Below are positions 1 through 11,444 of a stretch of DNA of 64,000 bases, in pieces. This DNA comes from Chlorokybus atmophyticus (lineage: Eukaryota; Plantae; Mesostigma and Chlorokybus algae): NCBI GenBank assembly GCA_009103225.1, contig RHPI01002090.1, positions 336,370 through 400,369 of the forward strand, written 5' to 3'. The notes below the pieces were generated by a model. The model searched no databases. It saw only the letters and a list, made by a program, of their open reading frames with translations, and was not told where the DNA came from. The translations under genes were made by a program, and so were the position numbers. How positions within the stretch are numbered: position 1 is the first letter of the stretch; every line of letters begins with the position of its first letter.

Positions 1-2897
1 TCCTTGTCTTTGCATCAATCAAGGCTGCATAGTTGGTTTTCTCAAACTCGTCCACTTGTCTTTGACACTCCAACTCCTGTGACAGTCCCACCCGACATGA
101 GGGGCTGCTTTAACTGAAAGTATGCAGCAGTAGCATACATGTTGGCCGCTTGGATTCAAATGGCAGGCTTACCAACCTTTGACCGCTTTGTTCGCACTGC
201 TTCTCGGCAGTCTACTTCTGAGAAGGTGGAGTTGTCAAGATCTTGCTCCAGCTGCCGCAGATTGCGCTCCTTTTCAGCCTGTTGTAAGAAATGAGAGATC
301 CGCTACCTACGCAGCATCACCTACTGTGGTAATGACCACTTCAAAGCATCCATATTCATACCAGCTGCTGCTGCTTGTGCTTGATGTCAGTGTTTGCTTT
401 TGTGTTCTGCTCTGTAGCGCCATCTATCTTGGCTGAAAACTCGTACTCCTTGCGCCGATGAGCGTCCTGAGTAAACATACAACAGGGCTCAGCAGCGCAG
501 GATGTGCACAATGCTTTTGGTTGCAGGCAAACGTGCATGCCTACCTTGAGTTCTGTCAAGCCTTTGTTGAAGGCCAGCAACTTAGCATCAGCCTGCCTTC
601 TGAACTCGTTCAGCACGCTGTCTGACAACGGTAGCTTGTCTGCACGAACACTACCGCCCAGATGCTTGCTGGATATCTGTTGAATGGAGAGGTCTCTCTG
701 CTGCTTCTGTTGACCATGAGCCTGTGCGCAAAGGGCGTGTTTGAGCCTGTGACAACTACCACGCATGGGCAACACAGCAGTTATAGGGACACACGCAAAG
801 TTACAGCTACACGGCACAGAGCGCGGCTTACCTCAGCCTCAGCTTGCAACTTGCCCTGCTGTTTCAGCTTGTTCTCATAAAAGGTTTTGCGAGCAGCAAG
901 CTCTATGCGGTCGTCTCTGAGAAGCGATTCCTGCTTCCCAATTTCCAACTTGAACGCCCGCAAAGCACCTTCGAACTGTTGAATCTCGTTGATCAGCTCC
1001 TCCTCAGTTTCTGCAAACGCCCAGACTTGTCAGCTCAAATGCATGCCCCATAACTGTGCATCCCCACACCACATGAAGTGCCCGCACTGACAATTTTGCC
1101 GTACGCCAGCTTGATTCATACATGACGTGCCCACTTGACATTTAGCAAGCAGCAACAGGGTCTCAAAGCCCCCCAAGACTCGCCTGTTGGTTCGCCATCA
1201 TCCTCTTCTCTGAGCGGGTTCTGGCGAAGAACCTCCCAGAGGTTCGTGCGTTGGCGGATGAGCATCGTCTTTTGGGCATCCAGGACTTTCATCTCGTCCT
1301 GTAGTGCCTTCACACGCCTGATTTTGCCGTTGTACTCTTCGGCACTCTTGGAACTCGCACCAATCTGAGCCTCAAGCTCACGAATCTGGTTCCTCAGATG
1401 CGTGATTTTGGTAGTATCGTCTTCTATACTCGTTCGGTACTGTACAAGTACATACCACGACCTGAGCATATTTGTTTACAGCCGCGATACAATTGTAGGA
1501 ACAGGCGTACAAGCAATAATGCTGACATGTGTCATGCACAGGTGCAGGTAGTCACAACCTTTTCTGCTTGGTCTTTCAAAGTCTGCAAGTTTTGCAGCTT
1601 GAGCTTGAACTCTTTTACATCGTGCGTATGCTCGGACTTGAGCTTCTTGATAGCCTCCAACGCCTTTGTATACCTGCCGTACACTTGCTGATTTAATACA
1701 AACACAATAGCTGTGCAAGCATCGGATGTAAAGAGACCTCATGCGCACCTTGTGGAAGAGAAGATGTCGTCAAACTTCTTTTTCAGCACAGCAGCTTCTG
1801 CTAACGGCCAGTTTGCCTCGTCTTGGTGCACAAATATGACGTTCTCCAGTATGGCCTTTGGAACACCCATCAGCATGCCTACTTGTCTGTCCAAGTCCGC
1901 GCAGCGATAGCTAAGCGCCGTTTTCTATGGGTGTATGTTAAGTTGTAAGTAATAATCCGTTGTTACTTACAATTATAACATATTGTAAGTGTGATCTGCT
2001 TACAACTATGGCGTAATCCTGCATACGCAATGAATCAAGCACAACAGGAATCAGGTACCTCATTCAGCTCATTGTACGTCTGCAGGATGCTTTCAATAGC
2101 TTTGTACTCCATCTTGGAGGCCTTCTGTGTCAATTGAAAAGACCGAACGCAGACAACCGGCTTGCCACTGATGGATCGGAATCGAAGTCGGATCTGCGCC
2201 TTAACCTCTGTTTCTCCTGCAATCTGTGGCATATCTCAACATGCAAACTACACAAGCACGTATGCCCACAATCAATTGTGTTGGCACATAGAACTAAGAT
2301 GATAAGCATATGTTATATGTTATGTGTGCCCGACCAGGTATGTAACTGGATGCGCCTAACTGTTGAACTGGTTGTTGTGTGTATTCAGATGTATAGCCAC
2401 CAACAGGTCGCTATGTTTTGAGTCTGTGGTGTTGACCAGACACATAGCAACCGATTGGTGGCATTGACGCTTTCTGTGCAGAACAAGCTATGTTTGCCAA
2501 GCATGAGGCACCAGCTGAGAGTGGGATAAAGCTCAGGGAGTCGTACCTTCGGGTCATGTATAAACGTCTGACCGGAGCGCGCGTTGGGTGGAAGCTCCCC
2601 GGTGCACGCTTGCTTGAGGCACTCAATAACCGTCTGCAACGACAGGTTGCTTGCTAGCTTCTTTGTTACTTGTGCATGCAACGCAGCACAATCAAACATC
2701 GATGTTAAGAGAAGGAAATACTGCCACTTGAAAGTCGAGCAAAAAACTGACAACCAGACTCGCTTGTCGCTTACCGTTTTGCCGGCGCCATTTGGACCAA
2801 CAATCAGCGTCAGAGGCTTGTAGAACTCAATGACGCTTTGATTGTTTGGGCTAAAACTTCGAATGCCCTTGATGAGCATCTTGTCGATGGTGGCCAT
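1..2897 (-). CDS. RAD50: DNA repair protein RAD50, 5' part (multi-exon; continues beyond the left edge)
   Basis: Starts MATIDKMLIKGIRSFSP...LTLIVGPNGAGKT (Walker A). Later exons read TVIECLKQACTGELPPNARSGQTFIHDPKV, GETEVKAQIRLRFRS and YCTKTRQICLLENVIFVHQDEANWPLAE-like SMC-head segments, followed by coiled-coil exons. GT-AG boundaries read by eye. Confidence 0.95.
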
Positions 2898-4105
2898 CTT
2901 GTCAACAGCATCACACTAGCACTGACACCCTGCCTTTGCTTCAAGCACACAACCTGCTGAAGTGAACGAACAACATGCTTGTGACCAAACTTTCGACTTT
3001 GTGGCAACAGGGAAAAGGAGGGCAGGCTGACAGCAACCAATCGGGCAGCATGCATGCTGCAGTCAAAGCCACACCCAAGCCTGCCGCAGTTGTGGGGATG
3101 CAAGCTACAACCTCAGCTCACGCAGATTAGTACCTGCAGGCGAATACCAACACCGGTGGTATGTCTCTTCCGTCAGGACCGGCCGAAGATGCGACCGCCG
3201 CCCCCACCACCAACGCCGCCGCCGCCGCCACCTCCACAGCGCATGCACTGCCTCTAGACGGTCTGACGTTGCCGTAAATGGCGCCAAGTAGTAACGTGGT
3301 GACTGGCAGGCGACTTGAGTTTGCACAAGGAGCACTGCGCCTGGAGCAGTGTTTTCCCTGCGTGGCCTACTCAATGTACTTTGCCCACAGCTGCGCTTTC
3401 GTGCTATCATCACCAAAGCAGACCAAGCATGTAAGGACGCACCTAGCTTGAAAGTGCTTGTGCCAGGACATAGGTGCTCTCTGTGCACTCATTGGCAAAG
3501 TGCATACGTATTGGTTCCGGTGGGTGAGTGGGTGGGTGGGTGCGTAAATGGGAGGGTCCTGGGTGCGGGGGCATGCGGGTCGGGGGCATGCGTATCATAC
3601 AAAAGCGATATGTGAGGGAGATGTAACACAGAAGGCAAGGCATTGTCTATGCACCCGCACACTGCGCTCATGAACTGTTCTGTGTCAAAGCTGTTGGTCT
3701 CTCCGTTCAATGGGGAGCTGGTACGCACATACGTGTCACGTAATGTGAGGCTGACAGTTGCACCAGGCTTGGCTGCAATTGAAGGTAAGCAGTAGCTAGC
3801 TTGGCTCAACCATGCCTTAGCAACTCCATGTGTTGAGGATGCACATCAGACGTGTAGTGCAGCAAACTGCACAGTGATATGAGACCTGTTGTCGCACAAT
3901 AGACAACAAGTACAGTGAACAACAAGATCAGATCAGAAGCATGCAGTTCCATCACAACTTCAACTCAAGTAACAACTGCGCAGCACTACTTATTGATCAA
4001 AGTTCTAACAGCAGGTCCACGTTAGCTACATGCAAGTGGTCAATGTGTCTGGTAGCTGTAGAAGGCCATGACAACACATGGGGGTCAGCACCTTTAGCCA
4101 GCCCT

Positions 4106-5506
4106 CTACATGGCACAGTATTTGCCGTCTTTGCCAGTGTAGATGACACCATCTAGCTGCAACTGCGAACCCAGGGCATGCATGTTAGGCATGGGTAATG
4201 TTCTTCACTGTGTTGGGAACCGCTGCTTGCAGGTCAATGAGCCAGCACTGCTGTCTCACAAGCAGCCATTGGCGAGCAACAACGCAGCCTACTTACTTGG
4301 TCGAGTGCAGCCTTGATATGCGAATTGAACTGGGGAAAGGCACTTTGTATTTCGGCTTCACTGCATCCCGGACAATCAGCTATTTTCGCTGCCAACTTAC
4401 CAGCAACCTCCTCGAGTGTCACTGCAACCACGCAGTTAGTGCTGCTCTGCTGCACACAAGTGGGACAGCTCCTCAGGACGACCGGACTGCTTACCTGGCT
4501 CTTGCTTGGGTGGCCTGCGACTCAACTGTGGCACCATGCTGCGTTGCACATGGAACCGGCCTAGTTCGGCAGGTTTGTGGTTGACTGCCTTTGCAAACAG
4601 CTCTGCAAAGTAATGTTCCTGTGCAAGGATGTGCAAGGATTGCTGTTGAGGAACACTGTGCAGTGTAATGCAGCTCTTTACTCAGCCTGGAACCAGAACA
4701 TGCATAACACCATACCCGGTACAGCTTGACTATCTCAAGTTGTCGCAGAGTTTCGTAGTTGTCCTCCTTGACATCAATACTAACAGTCAGCCATGTCAGT
4801 CTTTGCAGTAGTGCAACAAGCTGAGGCTTCCACAATTGGCCCGTTCAACCATGTGTGTAGCTGCTGAGCACGTTTAGGGGAAGCGTGCTCACCCATATGC
4901 GAGAAGGTACCGCTCCGCCCTGGCAGTACTTGTAGCAATCTCCAACGACCCAATGAAGTCCACTAGCATGCCAACAACTGGAGGGATGGGACGGAATTGC
5001 AACACCTTGAATGGTATCCGCACGCGCATTACAGCCGTTGTGTCGTCTGCGCAAGCTGGAGTCACCTCGATTGACCCTCACAGGCAGTGCGCTTATTCCA
5101 TCACATAGCGAGGATCACTGACTCAATGCGCTACAGTAGAGACACTCATGAACGAGAATCCCGTACCCACGAGCAAGTCCGTGGAGTCAACGTCATTGTG
5201 CAGCCCAACAACCACTCCAAGCAGCCTGTTGTCATGACATGCACATGTGTCAGCCAAGCACCACCGGCACACAGAGATGCGAGCATCAAGTGTGCAGCTG
5301 AACATTGCGGTAGGCATCGATTGCAACTTGGGTCTGTGCGTATGTCATTGCGGGAAAATACCGGAAGAGTACCTCAAACGCTTGAATGTAAACACAGGCC
5401 GTCCTGCCTTGAAAGCGTCCCCAACTGCTTCCGCAGACAGGGCGTCTCTCGCCCACAGCTTGCGGTGCACCGCAAGCTGAGCAGCACCGTCCTCAGCCTC
5501 CGGCAT
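4106..5506 (-). CDS. STN1: CST complex subunit STN1-like (OB fold plus C-terminal winged helix), 7 exons, about 240 aa
   Basis: Manual splice (5506-5373, 5225-5167, 5046-4893, 4779-4716, then three more exons to TAG at 4108-4106) gives MPEAEDGAAQLAVHRKLWARDAL...KRLRLLGVVVGLHND...LLVDDTTAV...EDNYETLRQLEIVKLYR...HIKAALDQLQLDGVIYTGKDGKYCAM*. The H-x-KL-x-ARD, LGxVV, VDDT and E-x-L-x-x-LE motifs match STN1 OB folds. Confidence 0.8.
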
Positions 5507-6399
5507 CCTTTCCCAGCAGCCACATCCGGCAAGCCCGGCGTCACCTCACGACAATGCCAAGCATGCCTTCCACGCGCAACAGCTCGTGCAAGCGGAAACT
5601 GCAGCTGACAGCCCGACTAACCCACTCAGCCCTCCCAACCTAGATTCCTCAAGCCCGTTCCTCTATCGGCATTCCGCCTCCGCCACCACCACGACCGCCG
5701 CCGACGGCACCCACGACCGACGCTTCACTGCAAAGGGCGGGAGAGCAGTGCGCGACGCCACGTATGCATCTCGCGAACTGCTGTTACGTTAACTCAGTGC
5801 TACGAGGCTAACAAACGGGAAACTTCGTCACTACAGCTCGGGTTGACTGCGCCACTGACCGTGTTGTCCAGCTGCGATCCGCTGTCAACGCACCCTGCGC
5901 CGGTTAAGAATCTCAGTCAGTGTAAACCACTTGCTGTGCTTAGCGCAACAAGCGCAACTTGGACTTGCTGGTGGCGGCAGTGGCGGTGGCATTGGCGGCG
6001 GCGAACGTTGTATTGGGCCTGCGGCGTGCACATAACAGGTGTGTTGCTGTAATGTACATGCTATACGCGTGTTAAGCAGATGTGCAACGTAAGCTAGCGC
6101 TGTTGCACACAGCTACCGGTTGGTCGATCTACACTTCTGGTTTTGCATGGCTTTTGTCGAGAACATATGTGGGCGACCTATATTTCACTTCGTTGCGTAT
6201 TAACATCATCGTGTGTTGCAAACAAGTGCATGCCGTTCCTTTGCATGGGACCATGCTGACCTAATGCACTTGAACATGGCAATGCTGTGATGTGTTGAGC
6301 AAGACATTGCAGTTTCAGGTTGTACTTGTGTATTGACGCTATCTGTAAGCAAGACTGGTCGTCTGAAGCGATTTGTTGGTTGAAGTACAGACCTCAGCT

Positions 6400-8122
6400 A
6401 TGGCGCTGGTGACAGCCACCACTGTGTCTGCGCCGCTGCTGCTCCGGTCCAAGCAGACAGTGGCGTCATGCCGCAAGCAGCATAGCCGCCAAACCTTATG
6501 TGCACAGCAAGGCAGCGAGCATGACGGGAAAGTGTGCACAAAGCCAAGGTCTTCAGAGCTGAAGCTGTTGAGCACCGCACCCGTGGTTGGAGTTGCTGCA
6601 GGTGCCGGATTTGCACAATTGCTAGTTGTTTGAACAATTGCACAGTACGCCAGTGGAAACAACAATGTTCCTCACAACGAATCTGTCCTTACAGCTGGTG
6701 CTGTCACAAGCTTTCTTGCGCCATATGTGGAACTGGTGAAGGCACAGAACTACCCGGACTGGCTGATCCACTGGGGTCATCCAGGCAACATGGTAATTTG
6801 CTCGTGGAGCATGGCGTGCTCTGATTCAATGACATGGTATAAAATCATAAACATTATCGTTTCCTCAGGCTGTCGTCCTGCTTGCTATGGGTGGCTATGG
6901 CTCGTACTTAGGCTGGCAGATTCGCACCAGCGGAGATCAGGTGTGCCTTGTTACAATGTTACTTGTGGTTTTCAGCCGTCATGAGAGGTCTCTGCACTCA
7001 TGGATGTTGTTTACAGGCCTGGATTGCCAAAGCAAAGGACTCGCACCCTAAGATCATGGCAGGAATGTTCTTCTTCTTCGCTGCTGGTGCAGTTGGCGGG
7101 CTCACCTCGCTGCTCACCCAGGGCAAGCCTTTGCTGGAAAGGTACAGTCATGGGTGCCTATGATACACATTGCACCTTTGGTTGTAGCAGGTTGCCCATG
7201 CTTTAGCATGAGTTCTGACCAGACTGTGGTTTTCAGCCCGCATGCTTTAACGGGATTGGCGGGGCTGTCACTTCTCGCAGCACAGTCATTGTCTCCTCTG
7301 CTGTTTCAGGTACAAGACTGTACATGTCAGTTAGCATTCATGCATGGCAGGTGCATTGGCAGTTGTCGGGTTGCCGGGGATTCTGCTGCTCAGCAGTGTT
7401 CCACAGGAGCCCAAGCTGCAGTACGCTGCTGCGAGCGCCGTCTCTTCACCATCAAGCCCTTTGAGCTCTAGGCTAGCTTTCAGCAGTGGTTCCTCGCTGT
7501 ACCGCTCGCAATTTGCTCGCGGCAGTGTAGCTAGCAAGGCGGTGAGAGGGTCCTCAAGCGGTCGGTTTAGCAGCCAGCGCGGGCTGCGTGTTGTGGCTCG
7601 GGCAACACCGTCTAACCGTGATTCAATTCTGTCCGATGCCATCCAAGAGCCCATAGCATTTCTCGGCGGGCTGTTTGCGGGTCTGTTGCGCCTGGACCTC
7701 AAGGAGGACCCACTCAGGGAGTGGGTTGCCGAGACTGCTGAGAAAGCAGGAGTTGAGCAGCCTCAGTCAACTGTTGTTAATGATAACGATGAAGACGAGG
7801 GGCCCGTAGATATTGCCATTGAGTAGAGTGAATATTCTGCTCCACATTGCAGCAGCCTGCAGCTATTTCCTGGGCTTTTCAGTCAGTGAAACAGACGTAG
7901 TCTTGGAAACAGCAGGCCGCTTTGTACACTCCTTGTAGAGTTATGTGCAATTGCGTGTGTTCATGTACTAGTATTTGCGCTGATGCTTTTGTTGTTTTTA
8001 TGTGTCGTGAGCAGGAAAGGCCGGAGTTGCGAACTGCACACGCCTTCCTGGGCTCAGCGACAATGGCCCTTTTTGTCGTGCATGCCGTATTTGGCCTGCA
8101 GCTCGGCCTCAGTCTGCCTTGA
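6400..8122 (+). CDS. DUF4079 family plastid membrane protein (cytochrome b561-like); last exon 8015-8122
   Basis: Transit peptide MALVTATTVSAP..., then LIHWGHPGNM|AVVLLAMGGYGSYLGWQIR, AKAKDSHPKIMAGMFFFFAAGAVGG, PHALTGLAGLSLLAAQ and LFQ|ERPELRTAHAFLGSATMALFVVHAVFGLQLGLSLP*. These are the motifs of the plant/cyanobacterial DUF4079 family. Confidence 0.9.
7344..7826 (+). CDS. UPF0426-like chloroplast protein (At1g28150-like), lying inside the last intron of the DUF4079 gene
   Basis: 160-aa uninterrupted ORF with a Ser/Arg-rich transit-like segment, then SDAIQEPIAFLGGLFAGLLRLDLKEDPLREWVAETAEKAG...EGPVDIAIE*, the UPF0426 signature. Start codon uncertain. Confidence 0.85.
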   Translation: MAGALAVVGLPGILLLSSVPQEPKLQYAAASAVSSPSSPLSSRLAFSSGSSLYRSQFARGSVASKAVRGSSSGRFSSQRGLRVVARATPSNRDSILSDAIQEPIAFLGGLFAGLLRLDLKEDPLREWVAETAEKAGVEQPQSTVVNDNDEDEGPVDIAIE

Positions 8123-9097
8123 GGCGGACTTTTCGTATTGCTGGTGTCGCAGTTGACAGGGCACATTGCCCAAAGTCAGTTATTGTTGTTGTTGTTAATG
8201 TTTTGCAGGGTTATTGCGATCATACTGGTAGACACCTCAATTTGCACGCCATCAGTGACAACCTCTTAAATTTTGTGCCAATCGTGCACAGACATGCGCC
8301 GCAAACTCTGTCTCGATACAGTCAAGTCTGAATGTCATTTGCTTTTGTGCCCAACAATACACGACAACCGCACAAACAGCCCCACAGTACACAATGCACC
8401 CACTACTGCACTACTCTCACACCATCCCCGCCAACCAAATTTTGCTCCGTCATCAGCCTTGACGCTGTGCGTGTGCTGATCGCGGCTGCCATAGAGTGCA
8501 CACTTGCATGTCCATCGCAACAGATTAGTAATGAGAAACATATACAGATATAGTGTACAGGAAATTGTAGGCGCCATTGCGTGCATGCATTATTGCAACA
8601 CACGCGTTTGAACATGATGCACAATGCACATTGACAGCGCATGTCAACATACTCACCTACTTTACACATGTTCGACCACCGGGCTACCTACCCTACGCAC
8701 TCTGCTCCTACCCCACCCTGTTAGTCATGCCAGCATGCATGTGCAGCCCTTGTTACATCATCGCCACCACGCACTCTATCGTTCGTCCTGCCGAGAACTT
8801 CCTGTTGGCGTGCCGTCGCTGTCCTGCGGGGGGGCGGGCGGGGGGGGGGAGGACCCCAACAATTGTGTACAACAAGTTGTGGTTGGTCTGCCACACTGTA
8901 GCAAAAAGTATTGTCAAGTCCAAAACAGAAAAATAGCACACCTCGTGTACATTATATAAGCACAGAGTATGGATATTCGCCTAGCAACAATAACTGTTCA
9001 GTTCCCAGCCTCGCTGGTTAGTGCTGCTGGCTTCACGTCTGTACAAAACAATACCAAACAGTCATGTCCAGTTATTACCAGGTCGCATGCCAACAGC

Positions 9098-10691
9098 TCA
9101 CAGTGCTTGCTCAACGTTGACAGGCAAAGTGTCCAGACCGAAAAACAAAACAGTATCAGCGTCTACCACAGCACACATCAATGGTGCGTCCACTGCCTGC
9201 TCTGTAGCATGCAGAGCGGGCCATAGCGGTATGCAGTCATCAGCCCTGCAGCGACACCAAGTGAGTCAAACAACGGGGCTCCCCACAGCGGGATCAATGC
9301 GTAGTCACAGCATGCTAGCGTAAGGAAAACGGGGCGTCCCGCACAACAAGAGCCGCAATGCACCGCCGTTCTTGTGTTGCACACAGGCACACGCACTGCA
9401 TACATACCTGCATATGCAGATCCAAAAGGCTGGTGGGCCAGGGTTCCGCTTGCTGAAATGCGCATCCGGTAACCAAACGCCATACGCCAGTTTCATGGCT
9501 TCCGCCTCCCTATTACGTACGGCGTTGGCCGCATGCTGGCGAGGATCACAGAAAGGATGCAGGATTTCTGCACATTGGCGTAAGTACGCCGCCCATACAT
9601 CCTGACCCATGCAATGCTTGTTGTAGACTTCAACATGAATATTCGGCATCCATGACAGCACATGACGCAACACCGTGTTGACTTCTGAGCAGCAGCACAA
9701 TGCAAACAAACATAAGCAGTCTCCAAAACTTGTCTTTCTTACCCTTGCAAGCATGGCTTACCATCCAAACTGAGGACTGCTGCAGAGTCCGTGATGGCGT
9801 GCAGGTGCTGCTCCTGAAGACCACGATGAGATTGCCTTGAGTAACGCAGCAAATGCAACTGATAAGCCTGCTCTGTAGCAGTGAATGCTACTGCGTGACA
9901 AGCGCTTGTGGTTGGGCTTACCGTTGCACTAGTTTTTGCGACAACAAAATACTGAGCATTGCTGACTTCAGCCTCGGATTCAGCAGTGACATCTGGTGTT
10001 ATCTGCTCCTTCTGTTGTGAAGTTACACCCTTTGGTACCCATTGCCCTCGCCGGCCCACGACATAACCAAGCTTCCTCAAATGGGAGTACACTTGATAGT
10101 GCTCAAGCGGAACACCTGGACACCCCAGGTGAGAATCCTACATGCATCTTCCCTTGCAACAAGTAATGCAATACAATCAGATTTGCTATAACACTCCACA
10201 TCGAGAGCTCCTGCACAACAACACAAACCTGCACTCAGCATGAGCCCAAACGCTTTGTGCACGGACACTGTGATGGATTCCAGCAACAGTGTGAGGCTTC
10301 CCGTCTCCACCATGTGCCTGTGGAATTGTTGTGTCAGCCATGCTGGCTCGATGCACACTGCACACTTGTTTGTATGCAGTCGAGCGCTTACACTGCTTCT
10401 TCAGGGTAGCAAAGAGAAACACCGTTGCGAGAGAAGCCGACGGCGTGCCACTGCGAGCCACATACGCTTGTCAACTCTACAAGCGCCAGATCGGAGCGCC
10501 ACACGCCTATGGATGTTCGCTTCCTGTAATCAAACCAGTAATGTTTAACACCTTCCAAACAGCAAGTTCAAACGCTAGCATTGCAAGTATGCATGCTCTC
10601 ACCGTGCGACTCTTGCGTCATTGCAACTGCTTGATGCAGACTCGCTGTCATCTACAGCCTCAGCAGCCTCCTCTCCAGTACTCGACACCAT
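9098..10691 (-). CDS. TSEN54: tRNA-splicing endonuclease subunit Sen54-like
   Basis: Exons give GFSRNGVSLCYPEEAV|HMVETGSLTLL (Sen54 N-domain), VPLEHYQVYSHLRKLGYVV, PDAHFSKRNPGPPAFWICI and the C-terminus APLMCAVVDADTVLFFGLDTLPVNVEQAL*. ATG at 10691 is presumed. Confidence 0.8.
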
Positions 10692-10795
10692 GCCTGCCAA
10701 GTGCTTATCATGAGCATTGACAAAACCGAAAGCAACTCTGTCATGTGCAAAGGACAAGACCAAATAACTGGACCGAATGGGGATGTGTGCACATA

Positions 10796-11444
10796 CTATG
10801 GCTGGTTGGCTTTGGGTGCGATGTAGTAAGGAGGGGACGTGCGTTGCGCAAGGCTCAGCAGCTCCTGGCGATCCACAGCAGCGAGAGAAGTGTCCGACTG
10901 CTCCTCCTCCCGTCTCATGCGAAGCGTGTACTGCTCCTCCAGCGGACTCCACATAGGCTCTACGCCCGTCGTGTCCAACTCATCAATGCAACGCACTGCA
11001 ACAACAATCAACTCAGAAACAGAGACCAGAATTCCTCAACGTCTTGCATGTCAACATATGCAACTCATCGGCACAATTGGTGCACAGCATGACGTGACAT
11101 GACATGACACGACAGTGCGAGCAGCTTTGCGTTGCCCACGCCATGGACAACGTGTGAGTGAAGCAAGTCAATGCGCTGGCTTAAACAGCGCAACAATGCT
11201 CAACAATCGGCTGTGAACGTCTGCTTGTCATTGTAGTAAGACTTTCCCAGTGTCTCGCTCAAAACACAGGTTACTGCTTACCAAATTGCAGCAGGGACTC
11301 CAAGTCTGGGCGGAGCGCCTGTGTGTCTTGGACGGGCAGCGCGGCGAGCCTGGCTAGCTTGGTGAGGTCGGGCGTGTCCTTGACGGGGACGCTCTTGGAC
11401 AGCAGTGAACGCACGGCCCAAGTGGCGCGGGGCGGGAAGGCCAT
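10796..11444 (-). CDS. gatC: Glutamyl-tRNA(Gln) amidotransferase subunit C (2 coding exons)
   Basis: MAFPPRATWAVRSLL...PDLTKLARLAAL...DLESLLQF|VRCIDELDTTGVEPMWSPLE...RQELLSLAQRTSPPYYIAPKANQP*. Contains the KLARLA, LDTxGVEP and C-terminal YxxxPK GatC motifs; phase-1 GT-AG intron. Confidence 0.8.

Noticed and set aside
8180-8830. Minus-strand exon-like pieces downstream of TSEN54, with an A-AAU-UUA slippery heptamer (8267-8273) and a faint PAC4-like look
   Set aside because: No consistent splice path or recognisable protein. More likely spliced or overlapping 3' UTRs, with the heptamer occurring by chance.
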